39,769 nt of DNA from Kofleriaceae bacterium (GTDB lineage: Bacteria; Myxococcota_A; Polyangia; Haliangiales; Haliangiaceae): NCBI GenBank assembly GCA_046597055.1, contig JBKJLC010000274.1:1-39769 (forward strand). The letters are read 5' to 3'. Of the stretch, positions 38,249 through 39,769 are shown piece by piece. Within the stretch, counting starts at the first letter, position 1. Each line of letters begins with the position of its first letter. A program made the position numbers and the translations under genes. The notes under the pieces were generated by a model. It was not told where the DNA came from. It worked only from the letters and a program-made list of their open reading frames with translations, and searched no databases.

Positions 38249-38339
38249 CCCGGAGCGGGCGCGGTCGACGATGACGCTGGGGTCCGCGGGCTCACGCAAT
38301 CCGCGACGGGCTCGTCCCGACGCGTGGTAACAGGCAACC

Positions 38340-39152
38340 ATGGGCGCGCTGCGGATCCTCGATATCGGCCCCGCTCCGTTCCACCACATCCCGTTCCTGA
38401 GCGCGGCCCGGGGCGGCGGCACCGAGACCCGGCGGCTTCCGCTGCTGCGGGGACGCGCCGCCGGCATCCCGGCCGACTGCGCGGCGCTGCTCGTGACCAG
38501 CGACCTGCAAGGGGTTGCCCGGTCCGGTTACGACCAGGGCGCCAGCGCCCTGCTCGGCCAGATCGTCGTCGAGCACCTCGAAGGCCTGGCCGCCGACGGC
38601 GCCATCCCGCCCACCGGCAGCATCGGCGTCGTCCTCGCCGGCGACCTCTACGCGAGCCCGCAGGCCGACCAGCGGGGCGCGTCGGGCGAGGTCTCCGCGG
38701 TGTGGCGTGCGTTCGCGCGCGGGTTCCGGTGGGTGGTCGGGGTTGCCGGCAACCACGATGACTTCGGCACCCACCGCCAGCGCCAGCGCCTGATGTCCGA
38801 ACCAGGGCTTCACCTCCTCGACGGTACGGTGGTGGCGATCGACGGCCTGCGCGTCGGCGGCGTCGGGTTGGTTGCGGGTGACCCGTCCCGGCGCGGTCGC
38901 CGGTACCCCAGCGCGCAGCTCGACCTGATCGGCGAGGTGCTGGCCCGCGCGCCCGACCTGCTGGTCCTGCACGAAGGCCCCGGCGGCGGGTCGCACCAGC
39001 CCGGCCGCATCCAGATCCGCGAGCTGCTGAACGCGGTGGCGACACCGCCGCTCACCGTCTGCGGCCACACCCACTGGGACGAGCCGCTCGCGACCAGCGG
39101 CGTCGCCCAGGTCCTCAACGTCGACAGCCGCGCGGTCCTGCTGATGCCCTGA
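38340..39152 (+). CDS. Calcineurin-like metallophosphoesterase
   Basis: TSDLQG, LAGDLY, VAGNHD, LVLHEGP, VCGHTH. Confidence 0.9.
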   Translation: MGALRILDIGPAPFHHIPFLSAARGGGTETRRLPLLRGRAAGIPADCAALLVTSDLQGVARSGYDQGASALLGQIVVEHLEGLAADGAIPPTGSIGVVLAGDLYASPQADQRGASGEVSAVWRAFARGFRWVVGVAGNHDDFGTHRQRQRLMSEPGLHLLDGTVVAIDGLRVGGVGLVAGDPSRRGRRYPSAQLDLIGEVLARAPDLLVLHEGPGGGSHQPGRIQIRELLNAVATPPLTVCGHTHWDEPLATSGVAQVLNVDSRAVLLMP

Positions 39153-39193
39153 TCGGCTGCCGGGTCGTCTGCCATGCGCCACCGTTGCCCGCG

Positions 39194-39769
39194 ATGAAGA
39201 AGCCCACCAGTCCCGTGGACGCGCGCAGCCCGCGGCCGGATCGCGCCGCGCTCGAGGCAGCGCGGACCCGACGCGTGGCCGACGTGGTCGCGCCCGACCT
39301 CGCGGTGCTCTTCTGCGGCATCAACCCGGGCCTCTACACCGCCGCGGTCGGGCACCACTTCGGCCGCCCCGGCAACCGGTTCTGGCCGGCGCTGTTCGCG
39401 TCGGGCTTCACGCCGCGGCGGTTCGCGCCCGGCGACCAGGCCGCGCTGCTCGGGCTCGGGCTCGGCATCACCAACCTGGTCGCGCGCACCACCGCCACCG
39501 CCGACGAGCTCAGCCCCGAGGAGATCGTGGCGGGCTACGCGACCCTCGCGCGCAAGCTCCGGCGCCTGCAGCCGCGCTGCATCGCCTTCCTCGGCGTGAC
39601 CGCCTATCGCGTCGCCACCCGCAACCCCCGGGCCTCGCTCGGGCGCCAGCCGGCCCCGCTCAGCGGCGCCCTGGTCTGGGTCCTACCCAATCCGAGCGGC
39701 CTCAACGCGCACCACCAGCCCGACACCCTGGCCCGGCTCTTTCGCGAGCTCCGGGACGCCGTCGCCCGA
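39194..39769 (+). CDS. mug: G/U mismatch-specific DNA glycosylase (3' end runs off the window)
   Basis: VLFCGINPGLY...HHFGRPGNRFW...GITNLVARTT..ADEL...WVLPNPSGLNAH. It is absent from the ORF track because it has no stop inside the window. Confidence 0.95.
   Translation, partial: MKKPTSPVDARSPRPDRAALEAARTRRVADVVAPDLAVLFCGINPGLYTAAVGHHFGRPGNRFWPALFASGFTPRRFAPGDQAALLGLGLGITNLVARTTATADELSPEEIVAGYATLARKLRRLQPRCIAFLGVTAYRVATRNPRASLGRQPAPLSGALVWVLPNPSGLNAHHQPDTLARLFRELRDAVAR

Overview
High-GC bacterial window that looks like Myxococcota (probably Haliangiales/Kofleriaceae, inferred from gene content only). In order it holds: the 3' end of a TsaC/YciO-like gene; a ~2,260-aa signal-peptide-bearing SpvB/FG-GAP/YD-Rhs polymorphic toxin whose tip and coupled immunity gene resemble the CdiA-CT/CdiI Kp342 tRNase pair; and a heavy-metal-associated (HMA) lipoprotein gene that the ORF track splits at an in-frame TGA. 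That TGA sits at the first metal-binding Cys of GMT-C and is followed by a SECIS-like hairpin, so this is a candidate selenoprotein (GMTU-REE-C). Next come a TPR membrane protein, a 3x Cys-rich repeat lipoprotein, aroC, a 3x36-bp repeat, a membrane Ser/Thr kinase, and a decayed class 1 DISARM island (drmD and drmA internally deleted, no methyltransferase, an IS66 remnant and a DUF222-HNH gene in its place, drmB and drmC intact). The right part has a CUB/Kazal lipoprotein, a Rieske protein, a divergent etfA-etfB-ATP-grasp operon, a tRNA nucleotidyltransferase, an AAA-TPR protein, a cytochrome c/SH3-barrel/DUF4266/DUF3570 operon, a metallophosphoesterase and mug. All family assignments come from motif recognition by eye; no searches were run.
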